Part shown: positions 12,401 to 24,778 of the stretch, piece by piece
How the letters are laid out: each line of letters opens with the position of its first letter
Numbering within the stretch: position 1 is the first letter of the stretch
Source: Lepidodermella squamata
Taxonomy: Eukaryota; Animalia; Gastrotricha
DNA: 64,000 nt
NCBI GenBank assembly: GCA_047495785.1
Contig: JBLDXI010000021.1
Location: forward strand, 434,001-498,000
Direction: 5' to 3'
Position numbers and translations under genes: made by a program
The notes under the pieces: generated by a model
What the model was told of the DNA's origin: nothing
The model's database searches: none
What the model saw: the letters and a program-made list of their open reading frames with translations, nothing else

Positions 12401-15400
12401 TAATCAAGCATGACCTCAGGCTTCTCCATTTTATCCTCGGCAACGGCTTATCGTCATGGTATAAGCCAATAAGGCCACCCAATCGCCAGTCTGTAATGTC
12501 ACGGGTTCTTTGGATCTACGGTAGGTAGGTACGGTACGGTAGGTACGGAGTGGTACACAAGTCACTCTATGCTTCGAATCTCGGTATAAGCTTTATTATT
12601 CAACTACTCCTTGTCTCAGGTTATAATTCTAGAAAATATCCTACAAATCTAACACAAATATTACGCACTGATTTTAACAATATATATTCGGCCCAGAGTG
12701 GCCACGATGGTAACTAGGGCGGTTACGGCTACTAGCTGTCGGTTATGCAACGCCAGAAAACAGCTGAAATCTAAAGATTTGACAAAATCTGACTTTCTGG
12801 TTTGACGGAACTTCGAAACTGCTGCTGCCTTATTTCCAGTTATTACCAAAACAGTTCCACCTAAGACAAAAATGTTGACTTCAGAAATATGCACGATAAA
12901 AGTCATACTTCGAGTTTTCATGATCCTCGACTCTTTCCCTATTATGGAGTTGGCAATATTCAACGATTTGTAATCAAATCGAATGACTAAACCTGTCTGC
13001 TCCTTGTGCGACACTGCTCTGGGGCGGCCACGAGCACGTTTCACCGGCTTCATAACAACCGCAGGTTCGAAAGCTGCTAAATCTAAATCGCTAATTTCTC
13101 ATTTCAAACGCATAAAATCCGAAAGTTCATCGATAACTTCAAAGAAAGAAACCGCTCTTCAAGCGAATAAGCTCCAATGCCTCCACCTTGTAAAGTGAAA
13201 GCAAGCTTTGTAGCTGAAATTAACGCTCGAAATGGGGATGAACCTCGAAATCGCCCTTCTTCTGCCGCTTGGGCAGATGTGCGTGGACATGAATGGACTC
13301 AGCAGCGTCGTCGTGTGGTATATGCAGCGTTGCACCTGTTGCTTCGTATGTTCTTGCCCCCCCTCCTGGCTCAAAGGTTCATGAAAAATTACAGTAACGC
13401 GTAAAACGCAAGAAATGCACAATTGAAAAAAATCGTAGCACAAGTGGGAATTTCGCAAGAAACTGTCGTAGTTACCTGTTTGAAAAGGAACTGATTGTGC
13501 ATGACATAAAAATTACAGTTATCGAATAGATTAGCCCAGTTGTGAGTAGAAATATAATAATTGAAAGCTGGAAAATCGCAATTCACGATATTGAAATTTG
13601 ATTAAATGTTGTTGAACTCAGAAGTGGCGTCCACACAGGAGTTGATTGAGGAGTTAAATCGCTGGGAATGATGAGAACCAACCCCATATTATGCTGAGGA
13701 GGGCTTTTCTTGGATTTTTTTAATGAAAAAATGACGATCGAATTTTATCGTCTCAGGTAATATTCTCTTTTCCAAATCGGAGTGTCCCGTACACGACAAA
13801 TTGTATTTGCGATTCAGCCACGTTTCTCATGCTGAAACCGCTGGAAGTTTGGCCAAGCGGCAGTGTCCTTCAAATTCCCCTGCGCCGAATTAGCCTGATA
13901 CTTACTTATTCGTCATCGTTCTGTCGCTTTCGCGGGTCATGGATGCTATTAGGGTTAGGATGGATTTCGGCAGTTTCCGAAAATCTGCTTCTTGTGCGAC
14001 ACTGCTCTGGGGCGGCCACGAGCTTTCAATAACTTGTCACATTCCGCCTTACCTTCGGAATATTGTTCGCAGACAGCGAGCCACATTTCTTTATAAGATT
14101 TCTCATCCTTGAGCAGACTGTTTGAGGTGTTGACATTCTGATTGGTCCTGTCAACCGCAAACCCTACCGCTACCTATTTCGCATGTCATGGATGCTATTA
14201 GGGTTAGGATGGATTTCGGCAGTTTCCGAAAATCGAACCGTTGTTTTGTCAAACGTATTGAAATTGATCATAACAAAATAGGGGAAAAGTTTTCAAGTTC
14301 AAGCTTCGTTTTGATCAATGCATTCTCGAGAGACTCAGGCAATCTTAACTTATAAGAAATAGAATAATAGAAATTAAAAAATCGATCCCAAGTTATCATT
14401 TAATCTATGTCTTGGAACATAATGCATATTGCATAGCTAAACTATTTTGTTACTATATTTTAGGGCGTCAACATGCCTGCTCGAACGGTCGTTTTTGACA
14501 GCATAACAAAAAACGACGGCAAACGGCGACGCGAACTCATGCCATCAGAGTACATTCAAATGGCGGGCCGAGCTGGTCGGCGCGGCATCGACACAACCGG
14601 AACCGTTGTTATCCTCTGCCGAAATGAAGTACCCGAAATTTCTATACTTGACCGCATGATGTTGGGCAAACCTGTTCATCTCGAATCCAAGTTCAGGCTG
14701 ACAACCTCGCTGGTCCTCGGAATGATGCGAGTCGAACACCTAAAGTAAAATCTTAAAAAATCGCTGAAATATTAAAAAAATATATATTTTTCAGGATGGA
14801 AGATGTTTTAAGGAGGACTTTTGCCGAATATGGCTGGTTCCGTCAAAAAGGCGACTTTGAAGCTGAATACGAGAAACTTGTCGTAGAACGTCGATCCTTA
14901 CCTAAACTCGACTGTGAGTTGTGCCGCAGCGATATCGTTCAGTACCACACCGACCTGGAGACATTTTGGAGCCAATGGGCTGATTTCATGTCGCGTCTAC
15001 TCAGCGAGCGGAGCGCTAGCAAAGTTTTCACGCCCGGTCGAATTTTATATGGATATTTTGCGATTTCGGAAAATGGCGTGAAAACCGGGTTCGAACTACG
15101 AATCATGCTTTTCCTGACTTGCTCGGCCGCTAATGGAGTTCTGAGTGTTCGCGGTCTAGTTCTAGCCCCGCCTTCTAACACCGGCCTACGAGGCGAACCG
15201 GCTAAAACTTCAACATCACCGATCTCGAGCCTTACTGAAACAATTTTGGCTTGCCCTACTGAATCTGGTGACTTCGCTCGGCCACTAGCTTCAGATCTGG
15301 CTAATGATTTAGAGTCAGGCCGGCTCAAGTTACAGCCTTTCGATTTGAAACCGATTGACATCGCGTATTTTTTCAATAATAAGCAAGTGAAGATAAACGC

Positions 15401-17041
15401 GATTCCTGGCCAAACTTTGACCGCGAATGTTATCGGCGATGTGGAGAGTGAATTGTTGAAGTTTTTACGCTCAGTAAAACCAAATGATTGGAGCGGGCTG
15501 GCCGCAACAATTGTCGATCCTTTGAAATCGGCCTCTGCGATTCAGTTCTCGAATTTGCAGCTCGCAAGTGATGCAGCTCAATTGACGGTTGTTCGCAATC
15601 AATTGGCGGCTGGGTTCGCGTGTCGCGCTTGTCCGAAATTCAACGAGCATTTCAACTTGGCGCATGAAGATCAGAAAATCCAGTCTCGTTTAGCTGTTAT
15701 TCGGCGGCATTTGAGCGCGGACAGTTTGGCACTGGGTGGCGAGTACGAAGCGCTTGTTGAAGTGCTTCACGAAATGGGCTTCATCGATAAGTAAGTACTT
15801 TTATTTGATTTACACAGGTGAGAGGAGAAATTTGGCCTGTATGAAACAGTTTCTCGAAGTTCGCGTATATCTTTTGTAGCTTATTCCTTGTTTGGGCATT
15901 TTCTACCGCGGTCTGTTCGCAAGATGCTAACCGTCCGTTGATTAAACGAAACATATTTCATAACATACTTGATTTGACCGGTCGCCTCATTTTTTGCGCC
16001 CCAGCAATCATATCCACCCATGTCGGGAAAAATCATTTAATAAAATCCAAGACAATATTGGTAGAATTCCGCAGAGTGGCCTGATTTGCGAGTATAGAGC
16101 CCTGTCAGGGTATAATTGTTAGGCCATAAGTACGAATCACGAACTAATTATGGCGTTTTCCTGGCGAATGGATAAAACTTGATGAATTCGATGAGACTCG
16201 GGGAATTTGTTGAAAATGCACCCAAAGAGGCGGAATACAGAGGTAGTTGCTAACAAGATAATAGATAATTTAAATAACCTTGAACAGAATTGCACTCGTA
16301 GGCTGCTTCCGTTCTTCAAGAAAACAGCAAACCTTAAAGAAAAATTACACGCCAATTGATGATACCAATGAAATGTTAGCACCATCCGCTGCTTCATCAT
16401 CAACCTTCTCGGAACCAGTCACAGTTGTTGCTACTTTTTGTTCCACCCATTTACTCAGCATATTCCGGTAATTTTTAGAGCAGATGAAGACGATCGAGGG
16501 CTGATATACAGATGTCGCCGACTTACTCAGCTTCCGATTGGCATTTTAGTAGTTGTCGATTGATTGGTGTTACGAACAACGCATAATAGGGCGTTTCCAC
16601 AGCATTACAACTCATAAAAGGTGAAGTTTATTCATAGCGAAAAAGTGAAAATGTATCGATTTTTTGAGCGTATAACACACCGAGAGATATGAAATGGAAT
16701 GTTGTTTGCCAGTCTTTGATGTCTCGTTCTTACATCGGTGACCAATTCTAGGGGGTCAAAAGGGCTTGCGCTTGCCGTAGTTCCTAGATTGAGTTCGTAA
16801 TCAGCCGAGAAGCGAACCAGGGATTGAAATGTTGTTATCAAAGCACCCGCGTCCCACTCGGAACCAAGCCGGCCGTCAAATTGGCGGAGAGTGAAGCGGG
16901 CGAATTCAAACGTGATCTGCTCCTATTAAAATAAAATCACAGGAAAAATCAGTAATTAGCTATCAACGGAGTGAAGCAACACGCGAAAATTAAGTAAGAA
17001 AATTTCTTACCTTTTGAGGGGAAACGGCTACAACAACCGTT

Positions 17042-17076
<35 letters not shown>

Positions 17077-18223
17077 GGAAGCGGCTCGATTTTTAAGGAA
17101 AGCCACAACGACTTCGCAAGCCTTTCGCTGGCCGAGCGAATTCGGAAACATTTCCCGAATGTTATCTTCCGTTAATCCAAGCATAACAGCCTCGTACAAC
17201 TGTTCCCCTATAATAGAAAATATTCGATATCATGTTTTATTTGGATTCCAGCCCGCGATTGTATAAAGCCATAGCAATTTGTAACAGCTAATTGTTTTTG
17301 GGTTAGTATAAGTACAATTAATTGCGCAATTGATATAAGGTGGTTAGCCATTGGTCAGTAAAACTCATGGTGAGAAGCCGCAATTTGGCGCGTTTTACCG
17401 ATCCAGAAATTTCCCACGGTAGGGTTCGAACGACTGGAAAGTCAAACCCTCGAGTTAAAGGGGAAATTTAGGAGTTTGATCTTCTACAACAGAGTTTTGT
17501 TTTCAGCAGTTTCAATTTTGGAAACCAAGTTTCTTTGTTTACCAAGTTGCTGTAGCGGAAGGTTTTACACTTTTTCCTTCCCTGTAATTCAACCCCGTAA
17601 ATTGATAAACCGCTAAAATATTTGAAGAAAATTCGATTTCCCTCTTGTACATTTTATTTTATTTTATTTCGCTTAGAGACCGAGGCGTTTTGCTGCTCAA
17701 AGGTCACGTGGCCTGTATCATCGGCCAGCAACACGACGTGCTAATCACCGAACTGCTATTCTCCGGCATATTCACAGATCTCAGCCCGAGCGAACTCGCC
17801 GGGGTGCTGTCACCCTTCGTCACCGAAGCTCGCGGGCAGGAAATGGAGGGCCCGAAAGCGTCGCCGAACCTCGAAAAGGCCGTCAAATCCGTCAAGGAAT
17901 ACGGCCTGGAATACGGCAAGAAACTGCACGCTCGCCGGCTGATTTCATCCTCCGACGCTGTGATAGCCGACGATTTACGCTGGGGCATGGTCGACGCGGT
18001 TTATCACTGGGCGAATGGCAAGACGTTCGCCGAAGTCAAGGACTTCACGCCCATTGACGAGGGCCTCATCGTCCGCTGCATCCAACGAGTCGACGAGTTG
18101 ATCCGTGATCTGCGCGATGCCGCGCGCAAAATCGGCGAGGTCAGCCTGGAGGCGAAATTGACTGAGGCGCAAAATGCGATCAAGCGAGATATTGTATTCG
18201 CTGGAAGTCTTTATTTACAATAA
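9498..18223 (+). CDS. SKIV2L: Ski2-like DExH RNA helicase (SKI complex), 7 exons
   Basis: Exons 9498-9784, 9834-10710, 10839-10964, 11025-11612, 14464-14744, 14795-15790, 17677-18223. Motifs [28 protein letters not shown] (split by an intron), [30 protein letters not shown] and the C-terminal DSHCT end [12 protein letters not shown]. Confidence 0.95.
11791..12482 (-). mobile_element. piggyBac-family transposon remnant (3' end of transposase plus one terminus) in SKIV2L intron 4
   Basis: Frameshifted minus-strand peptides [38 protein letters not shown] and [12 protein letters not shown], plus the Cys-rich tail [12 protein letters not shown], resemble a piggyBac transposase C-terminus. TTAA at 11787-11790 is followed by CCCT. 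The other end was not found. Confidence 0.75.
12996..14023 (+). repeat. 40-bp near-exact direct repeat (12996-13035 and 13984-14023)
   Basis: tctgctYcttgtgcgacactgctctggggcggccacgagc occurs twice with 1 mismatch. Confidence 0.9.
13389..13700 (-). mobile_element. Degenerate CR1/L2-like non-LTR retrotransposon fragment
   Basis: [21 protein letters not shown]...F...VSCEIP resembles the endonuclease-RT linker motif (aDF..ln..l...dW..lf) of CR1-group LINE ORF2. It is short and interrupted by stops. Confidence 0.4.
13936..14234 (+). repeat. 50-bp exact direct repeat (13936-13985 and 14185-14234)
   Basis: gtcatggatgctattagggttaggatggatttcggcagtttccgaaaatc occurs twice. Confidence 0.9.
16682..17207 (-). 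pseudogene. Antisense spliced ORF remnant with a SAM-like motif, nested in SKIV2L intron 6
   Basis: Minus-strand exon 17207-17011 ([28 protein letters not shown], then poly-Ala) splices in phase through a GT-AG intron (17010-16923) into an exon starting at 16922 ([10 protein letters not shown]...). Flanking parts are degenerate. Confidence 0.4.
17043..17072 (+). repeat. (CAG)10 microsatellite
   Basis: Ten perfect CAG units; they read as poly-Ala on the minus strand. Confidence 0.95.
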
Positions 18224-20167
18224 ATGATTCAGTATTTCTATATTTTGTGCGAAATACATATATGCTATGTTTCAAAATAAAAATAAAAATATTAGAAAAA
18301 TGTAATGATTCTTCACCTAATTTCGTCTCATAGTATGATTCAGGCGATTCAGGCTAAAATCACCTGCATAATTATTATCAATTTTGAGGCGGATTTTTTC
18401 TATTTTCTATTTTCTATTTTTTAATTTGTCGGTACTTTCATGTTGAATCGCTCTACCTTTGCTTTTCTCGGGTAAATTTTTATTCTGATGGGTTTTTATT
18501 CTGATTTAATGCCTCCTTAAAAGTATCAGTCCGACGACGAGAGCGGTAGCGGTAGTGAACAATACAAATCGCAACGGGTGTGCGAGCCCCTAATTACACA
18601 TGACGGTGCCGAACAAAGAAATAATGAAATTTGGCGGATTATTGAAACTCACCCACCCAACGATCAAAGAGAAGTCAGTTGAAAGAGGTTTGCTAATTAT
18701 TGGTTTGCGTGTATTGTCTCGTGAGTTCGAGGGTGTGCGTCTGTCTTGGAGGGAGGTGGAGGTGTCATTCCTCCAAGGCGTTTGTGTGTGCGTGTGGTGT
18801 GTGGCACGCGAACGGTACACCCTAGAAAGTAGCAGTAATTTTTCGTAATATCGTCTCGGCCGGCAGTCATGGGGTTTTGGCTCAGTATGTACTATACCAA
18901 CTAGTATCTTATTATTATTTTTAATAATTTTTCTCGATCAGTTTGACGATAGCCAAATGTAACATGGCAAGTAAGATGAGGTCCATCACGGCGCCTAACT
19001 CGTTAGCATGGAGATTACGGGCTTGCTCCGTCGAGTAGACTTGCATAGGATCAGCCCAAAGTCAAAGCCCTGTTTCGCATGGATTCAGGTGAATACGTAG
19101 AGCACACTACTCACCGGTGCTACTAGCTCGCTTAGCCTGCTCACTTAATGTATACCTACGCCTCATTTCTACGGCTGAAACGTGCAAGCGAACAACTGCG
19201 CCGTTCAATAGATACTTGCCAGCGATTCGAGCGCCGTATTGTCGTAGTCTAGCAACTTTTGCGCCTGTGAGTCGCTCGAATAGCGCTGATGCTATGCCAC
19301 GTGTTGTCAACCACATGGCGTGATCGATAGTCGGGCTTCCTCCGAAGAAGGCGATGTCGGGCTCTGATGAGCCCACTCAGGCTTGCAGTCGTCGTAGAGG
19401 CTGTCGAAGCTGGGCAAAATGTAGTAATATTGACAGATGGGTCTTATCGGCATAGATTCTCGCGTTATTGGAAGTAATATCATGGGAAAGTTGGGTTTGT
19501 GAGTCCGCAACTACCCCATCGTCCTCACTGTGGACGGTCATGCCATTTGTTGTAACCATAACTCCTTTTAGTGTTTGTTCGACACAATGGGCGAAGGCTA
19601 TCGTTGCATTGTTGCAAGTGTCGCGTCGCACTAGGGTGAGGGCGGCGACGGGCCGCCTGATTTTCGGTTGCGATATTAGATATTAGAAATAAACTATTTT
19701 AAAGTTACAAATTAGACAAATATTAATATAATCATTGCAGCCATTGCTTACGCTGTATTATTTATTGGGTCTTAGACAGGCGTCGCGCAAAACAGATAGG
19801 TGTGCGCAAATTAAAAAAGCGCGACACTTCAAATTATGTTGCGCGATATTATTTTTTCGCGCAACGTTTTGGGTTTCTCTCTTATTTATTTGATAGAAAA
19901 ATAGATATTTGTTCTGTTGTTTAGTAGAAACAGAACTGGGACAGTGCAGTCGCAATACATTCTATTTGATGATAGATTAATAGTCATTTTTGGTTGGTTT
20001 TTTGCTGCGTTTTACGCAAAAAGAACCGATTTGGGGCTAGTTGGATGTGAGTTGTTTAATGGGTATTAAGGTTCATGAGTGAATATTATAGGTTAAAAGG
20101 TAGATGATTTGCATTAATAGCAGTAGATAACGAGGGAGGGTATATCAGCGCTAACACAGGTTATCGA

Positions 20168-20494
20168 TTAGTATTCTTCGTCTTCTTTATCCTTCAGTTG
20201 AGACATACAACGTCTTAGTTCTTCGTTGACCATGATGAACTCGATAGCGTCGACAAGCAGCTCGTAGCTGAGCGTGATTTCGTTGTGAACAGATTCCGGA
20301 AAGTGGTAGTGTAGCGACTTGTCAAACGCGTATCGTAATTGGTTTATCACCACGGTCATCGCGGCTGTGTTCGGCTGCTTAGTCAGCGATATGTAATAGC
20401 TCCGCGCTAAAGGGGTTGGATGGTAGCCATATAGCATCTCCGGTTGAAAGATTGAAGCGTCTACCTCACGTGCATCTGCCGCGGCCGCATGCAC
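20168..20494 (-). other. Uncharacterised ORF remnant (~108 aa)
   Basis: Stop-free, protein-like helical sequence with an acidic C-terminus. No clear start context and no family recognised. Confidence 0.3.
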
Positions 20495-21618
20495 AAATTT
20501 CGCTGCCGAGCCGGAGCGAATTCGTCGAGAAAGTACCGAGATGGAAGGATGAAAGTTCGATAACGTGAGCTCACGTACGTGTTCAACCCCGTTACCTGCA
20601 GGGTATGTACACTGAGGGGAGAGAGGTGGGGAGAGAGTGAAAGGGGGAGATATAGCAGGGCTCCGATTTCGTTGAAGCGCCGCTTATTTGCCTATGCAGT
20701 TCAATCCTTCAACAACCTTAAAGCGTGCTACTGGGGCCGTTGACCGCTGGTTTGCAGAGGTGGTAATTTCTCGCTCAAGTGTTGGGTCAGTAGCTGTTCC
20801 ATGTTATCGAACGAAGACACATCGTCAGGTGAGTAATTCAAATTTCGCGATATTTATTTTCCTCGCAGCTTTACCAACCCTGATGATAGTTTTGCGCTGT
20901 AGAGTTTGCTTTTACAGTTATTTTCCGCCCATTAATCGAGTAGATCTTTTCTGCGTGAGTTACTCGCTCGATGCCCGTTGCGCAGGTTTACCCCAATTAA
21001 TATTTAGCGCTTTTTCCACTGTCGATCTCATCGCAGGCGTGCCTGATTTTGTCAATTTATCTGGGGTAATCACTGTGTTCTGCTGGTCGCAAAATTTTCA
21101 CGCGTTTCTTTGTCATCCACGTGCTAATATGGCAATGCCAGTAATTTAGCGATAAATGGCCGAAATGGGTCGTTACTACAGCGTGTCCCATAAGTAACGC
21201 AAACAAACAAAATCCTAAAATTCAAAATTCAACAAGAATAGGTTTTAAGCATGTCACTTGGCAAATGGGATTAAAAAATTCCAGGAAAATTTGGTGCAAA
21301 CGGGTAAAATTCCGAAAATTACCGAACCACTTACCATCGGGATATTCCGGGTTCTCTCCGGTAAATAATTCCACTCTCCCTTTACATAATATTTCAATAT
21401 AAGTTAATAATGTTTTTTTTCATTTCCTCCTAACAGGGCAGGGCGTCTCTTGGTTATAGTGGAGTCACTAGTCGTCGCGATTACGCAAAGCACTGGTCCA
21501 CATAAAAAGGTAAGGAACATGTCTGCCATGTAACTTGTTTCGTTGTTATTGCTGCCGAGTCCTCTTTCTGGTATAAGGGTTATACTTGGAGGGGTCATGA
21601 ATTCGGTAGATATTTGGG

Positions 21619-22033
21619 CAGAGCTTTGGATTTGATTTGATTTGATTTACGGCTTAAATCACGGCCCTCCTTCAATCAATCAAAATCAATCATTGTTCCA
21701 ATTTTCCAGGACTAAATCAATCAAATCAAATCATCGACAGACATGAATCGCAATAAATCGCGAAACATCTGGATTTTCAGGAAGCTGGGGGCTTCGAAGT
21801 TTCAAGAAATGAATAAAATAACGCGAATTTGAAATAACCGTCCCTCCCCGTAGCAAATTTTCATCAAAAAGGAGGAGAGATCTTGGTTCCGCGGTATCAA
21901 GTTTTTCGATTGCATCACCAAGGCTAAATCAAAATCAATCAAATCAAAATGCTTCCCCGCGTAAATCAATCATTTTAAATCTGAATCAGTGAAAATAGGG
22001 TCTAAATCAAATCAAATCAAATCCAAAGCACTG
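21619..22033. mobile_element. hAT-type MITE (415 bp) with 31-bp TIRs and an 8-bp TSD
   Basis: Left TIR cagagctttggatttgatttgatttgattta (21619-21649) matches the reverse complement of the right TIR taaatcaaatcaaatcaaatccaaagcactg (22003-22033) at 30/31 positions. Identical flanks tatttggg at 21611-21618 and 22034-22041. Internal AATCA subterminal repeats. Confidence 0.92.
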
Positions 22034-24767
22034 TATTTGGGTCAAATTTATGTTAGGAGGGTTGATGAGCTCAGAATAATACCTTAGAGACGAAATCGTC
22101 GGGCTGTTTTCGAACAGGTCCCACCCAGTAGGAAAGCGGCCACAAATTCTGAGGATTCGAATCATAGATTGAAATTCTTGATTGATTTCAAATCAAGAAG
22201 ACCACGAAGAGCACAAACAATAATCCATCGAAATTTTTTAACCATTTCTGGAAAATTCATATTGAAGGTAAAATGGGTGGTTTTGCGGGTTTCGAAAATT
22301 GTGGGAAAAGACTAAGATTTTTTCATTTTTCCTCTCCAAGTTTTAAAATGAATTGCAAGCAATTTTCGGGTTTTTTTATTTCGGGCGCTCTTCACATTTT
22401 AATTTTGATACTCAATTGTTATGCAACGTTCTGGCTAGTTTCTAGAGAGCCAAATTCGATTTTATCCAATAACTGGTCACAATATTTGTCCGCATGTCCG
22501 CAATGAGATCTTGGCCCTTCATTTTTTATTCATCGCAACATCGCAACAAAAACGAGTCGTATATTGACTGCGCGCCAATCTAGATTAGTGTATTAAATGG
22601 GGGCAGAAACAATCAGGTATTAACAGACAGACGGAGAAGTGAAAAAATTGTATTGCAAAAGACCAAAGTAATTTTTTTTACTTTTCTAAACTTTCAGATC
22701 GCCTTCGCCATAACCTGTACCGATTGCAGTTGGTCACGGCTATTTGTGAGCAGCGTCGCTGGGTTATCTCGTCGGAAGGATCGGCCTCACCCTCGACAGT
22801 TATCACGCCAGGATGGTTCATCAAGAAAAGAGCAAACCGAATAATTGGCAGAGAGGACGCATGCTTTTACTGCGGCGGCGATCCTAACGCAGCCTGATTG
22901 GGCAGCGGGTTGGTATGACCCGAAAATTCGATGCATGATTATCGGTGAATCGCGAAATTCTTCGATTCGGAGCGGGAACGTTGGCCGTGCTGGTAGCCAT
23001 GTAAGCGGCCGATGGAGCGTGACCCGAGATGATTGCGGCGAGTTAAGCGTGCCGTCGTCCTCGAATGCTGCAAATTCGCCATTGGTTGATAATGAATCGC
23101 ACGATGAAGGCTAAAATGCGCGAAAAATCGAGGCAATTACATTTATTAGATTGAATGTGTGTTTTTGTCCCCACGCATGGAGTTTTACTCACTTTTTTCA
23201 TTTCCGTCGATGAACTCTGATGATGTTTGCGATGCGGTTTTTATGAAAAGTATTTTATGAAAAGCACAGATTTTAGACGGTTTGTGTTCGTGATTCATAT
23301 TGGCGCTGTGACCAATTGTGCACTGAACACATCCTATGGCGTGCGACTCTTCTTGGCGCCACGTGCTTTTTGCACGCATTCGTTTTCCTGCGGCGCTATT
23401 TCACATGACTGAAGCGGTTTTATTGTAACACAAGGTTCGAAAATCAGAAAAATAGCGCAAATAAAAATGCTCGTTATATATTTTTTTCTTCGAATTATTT
23501 GAATAACTCCGTAACCATGAAGAATTTGTTGAACCGGTTTCAGCAGTCTAGTGTTCGGTAAACGTTCCTGAAATTTTCGTTTGAGTGGGAAGAAATGGGG
23601 GGAGGATTTTGGTGGTGAAAATGCGCTTATAGCGATTTTGATGATGGCATTTTTCAGGTTTTGAGGTTGGATGGCATCATCGTGTGAAAAGGCTTTTCCG
23701 GAACAATTGTCTTTGCAGGAATTCGAACTAATTAAGTGCCCTCATCAGGGAAATTTAATTCAACGCCCATAAACAAGTTCTCATTGCCCAACCGAGATCC
23801 GATATGGCTTTTTGAATTTTTTGAGGGATCTGTGCCAACTTAGTAAAGCCACTAGTATCAGATAAAAGTAGCCGTGTAATTTGTTTTTAGGAATCGGTGA
23901 CTTGGATTTGTCACGGAACATCCCTCATCAAACTTGAATCGTCTGGACGTAGTTATCAAAAAAAATTAGAGGCGAAAAATATTGGTCACACTTAATAACG
24001 CTGATATTTTATTTGTATTATTTTTGCCGTTTATTATTTTCGTTCGACGCTGGCTCTTTGATTATTTTACACTCCGTACGTTGATCGATGTTGATCGGTG
24101 AGCAATGCAAGACTCCGCGTAGCCATGGCGATTCGGGTATTATCGACGGCCACATACCGGAGAATAAAATGGTCGTCTCATACTACTTGTATTTTTCAAG
24201 TTTTTTCAGGAAACGAAAAATACTGCGGATTAAGCTTCAAGAAAGCAGTATTCTCAGACGCCTCATACATTTTGGGTATATTATTTGCCTGAAAGTGCCG
24301 GTTCTTCCGCGGAATAAAGTAGGCCATTATTTCGCTTGGCGCCTAGGCGGGAAAAAAATGTGATAATATTTATCCCTGCTGACGTTTTGACGCATAAATG
24401 GCATCTCGCGCCTATAGGCGTTACTCTATTCGATACACACCTAGGCGTATTGAATCTGGAATGAGACCGATTTAAGCGTCATTTCGGATTACGTATTACG
24501 CCCAAATTTCACCAACGAATACCTATTTATTTTCCTTGCAAGAAATATTGCGAAGGCCAAACGGGAGTGAATCGCGAATGTCAATGTCCGGAATTGAATT
24601 CTAATGAGGAAAGTCTTGCCTGATCAAAATTATCAAGCGTGACTTAAATTTGTGTGCACACTCTTTTTTCCATTGTTCGTTGCCAGATTATTTTTTCACG
24701 GAATTTCAACTCATGCGTATAACGTTTTCGCATGGGCTAGCTGCTAACAGGATAGGATAGCAATAAA

Positions 24768-24778
24768 TGATAAGATAA
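24768..24778 (+). promoter_or_regulatory. Tandem GATA-type motif TGATAAGATAA upstream of paralog A
   Basis: The same 11-mer occurs at 30245-30255 upstream of paralog B. Function is inferred. Confidence 0.45.

Noticed and set aside
18560-18830. Possible Helitron-like 3' end (GC-rich stretch before ctag/ctaa)
   Set aside because: No convincing hairpin plus CTRR terminus, and no Rep/helicase sequence nearby.
21177-21195. TA-CAGCGTGTCCCATAAG resembling a Tc1/mariner terminus
   Set aside because: No matching inverted partner found in the window.
22598-23136. GC-richer block with splice-like signals and several short ORFs on both strands
   Set aside because: No frame gives a coherent protein. 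It could be a non-coding or decayed exon, but nothing supports a call.
24335-24450. Recurrent palindromic cgcctaggcg-like motifs
   Set aside because: Only three degenerate copies with no TIR/TSD. They are not CRISPR-like (eukaryotic context, no regular spacers).
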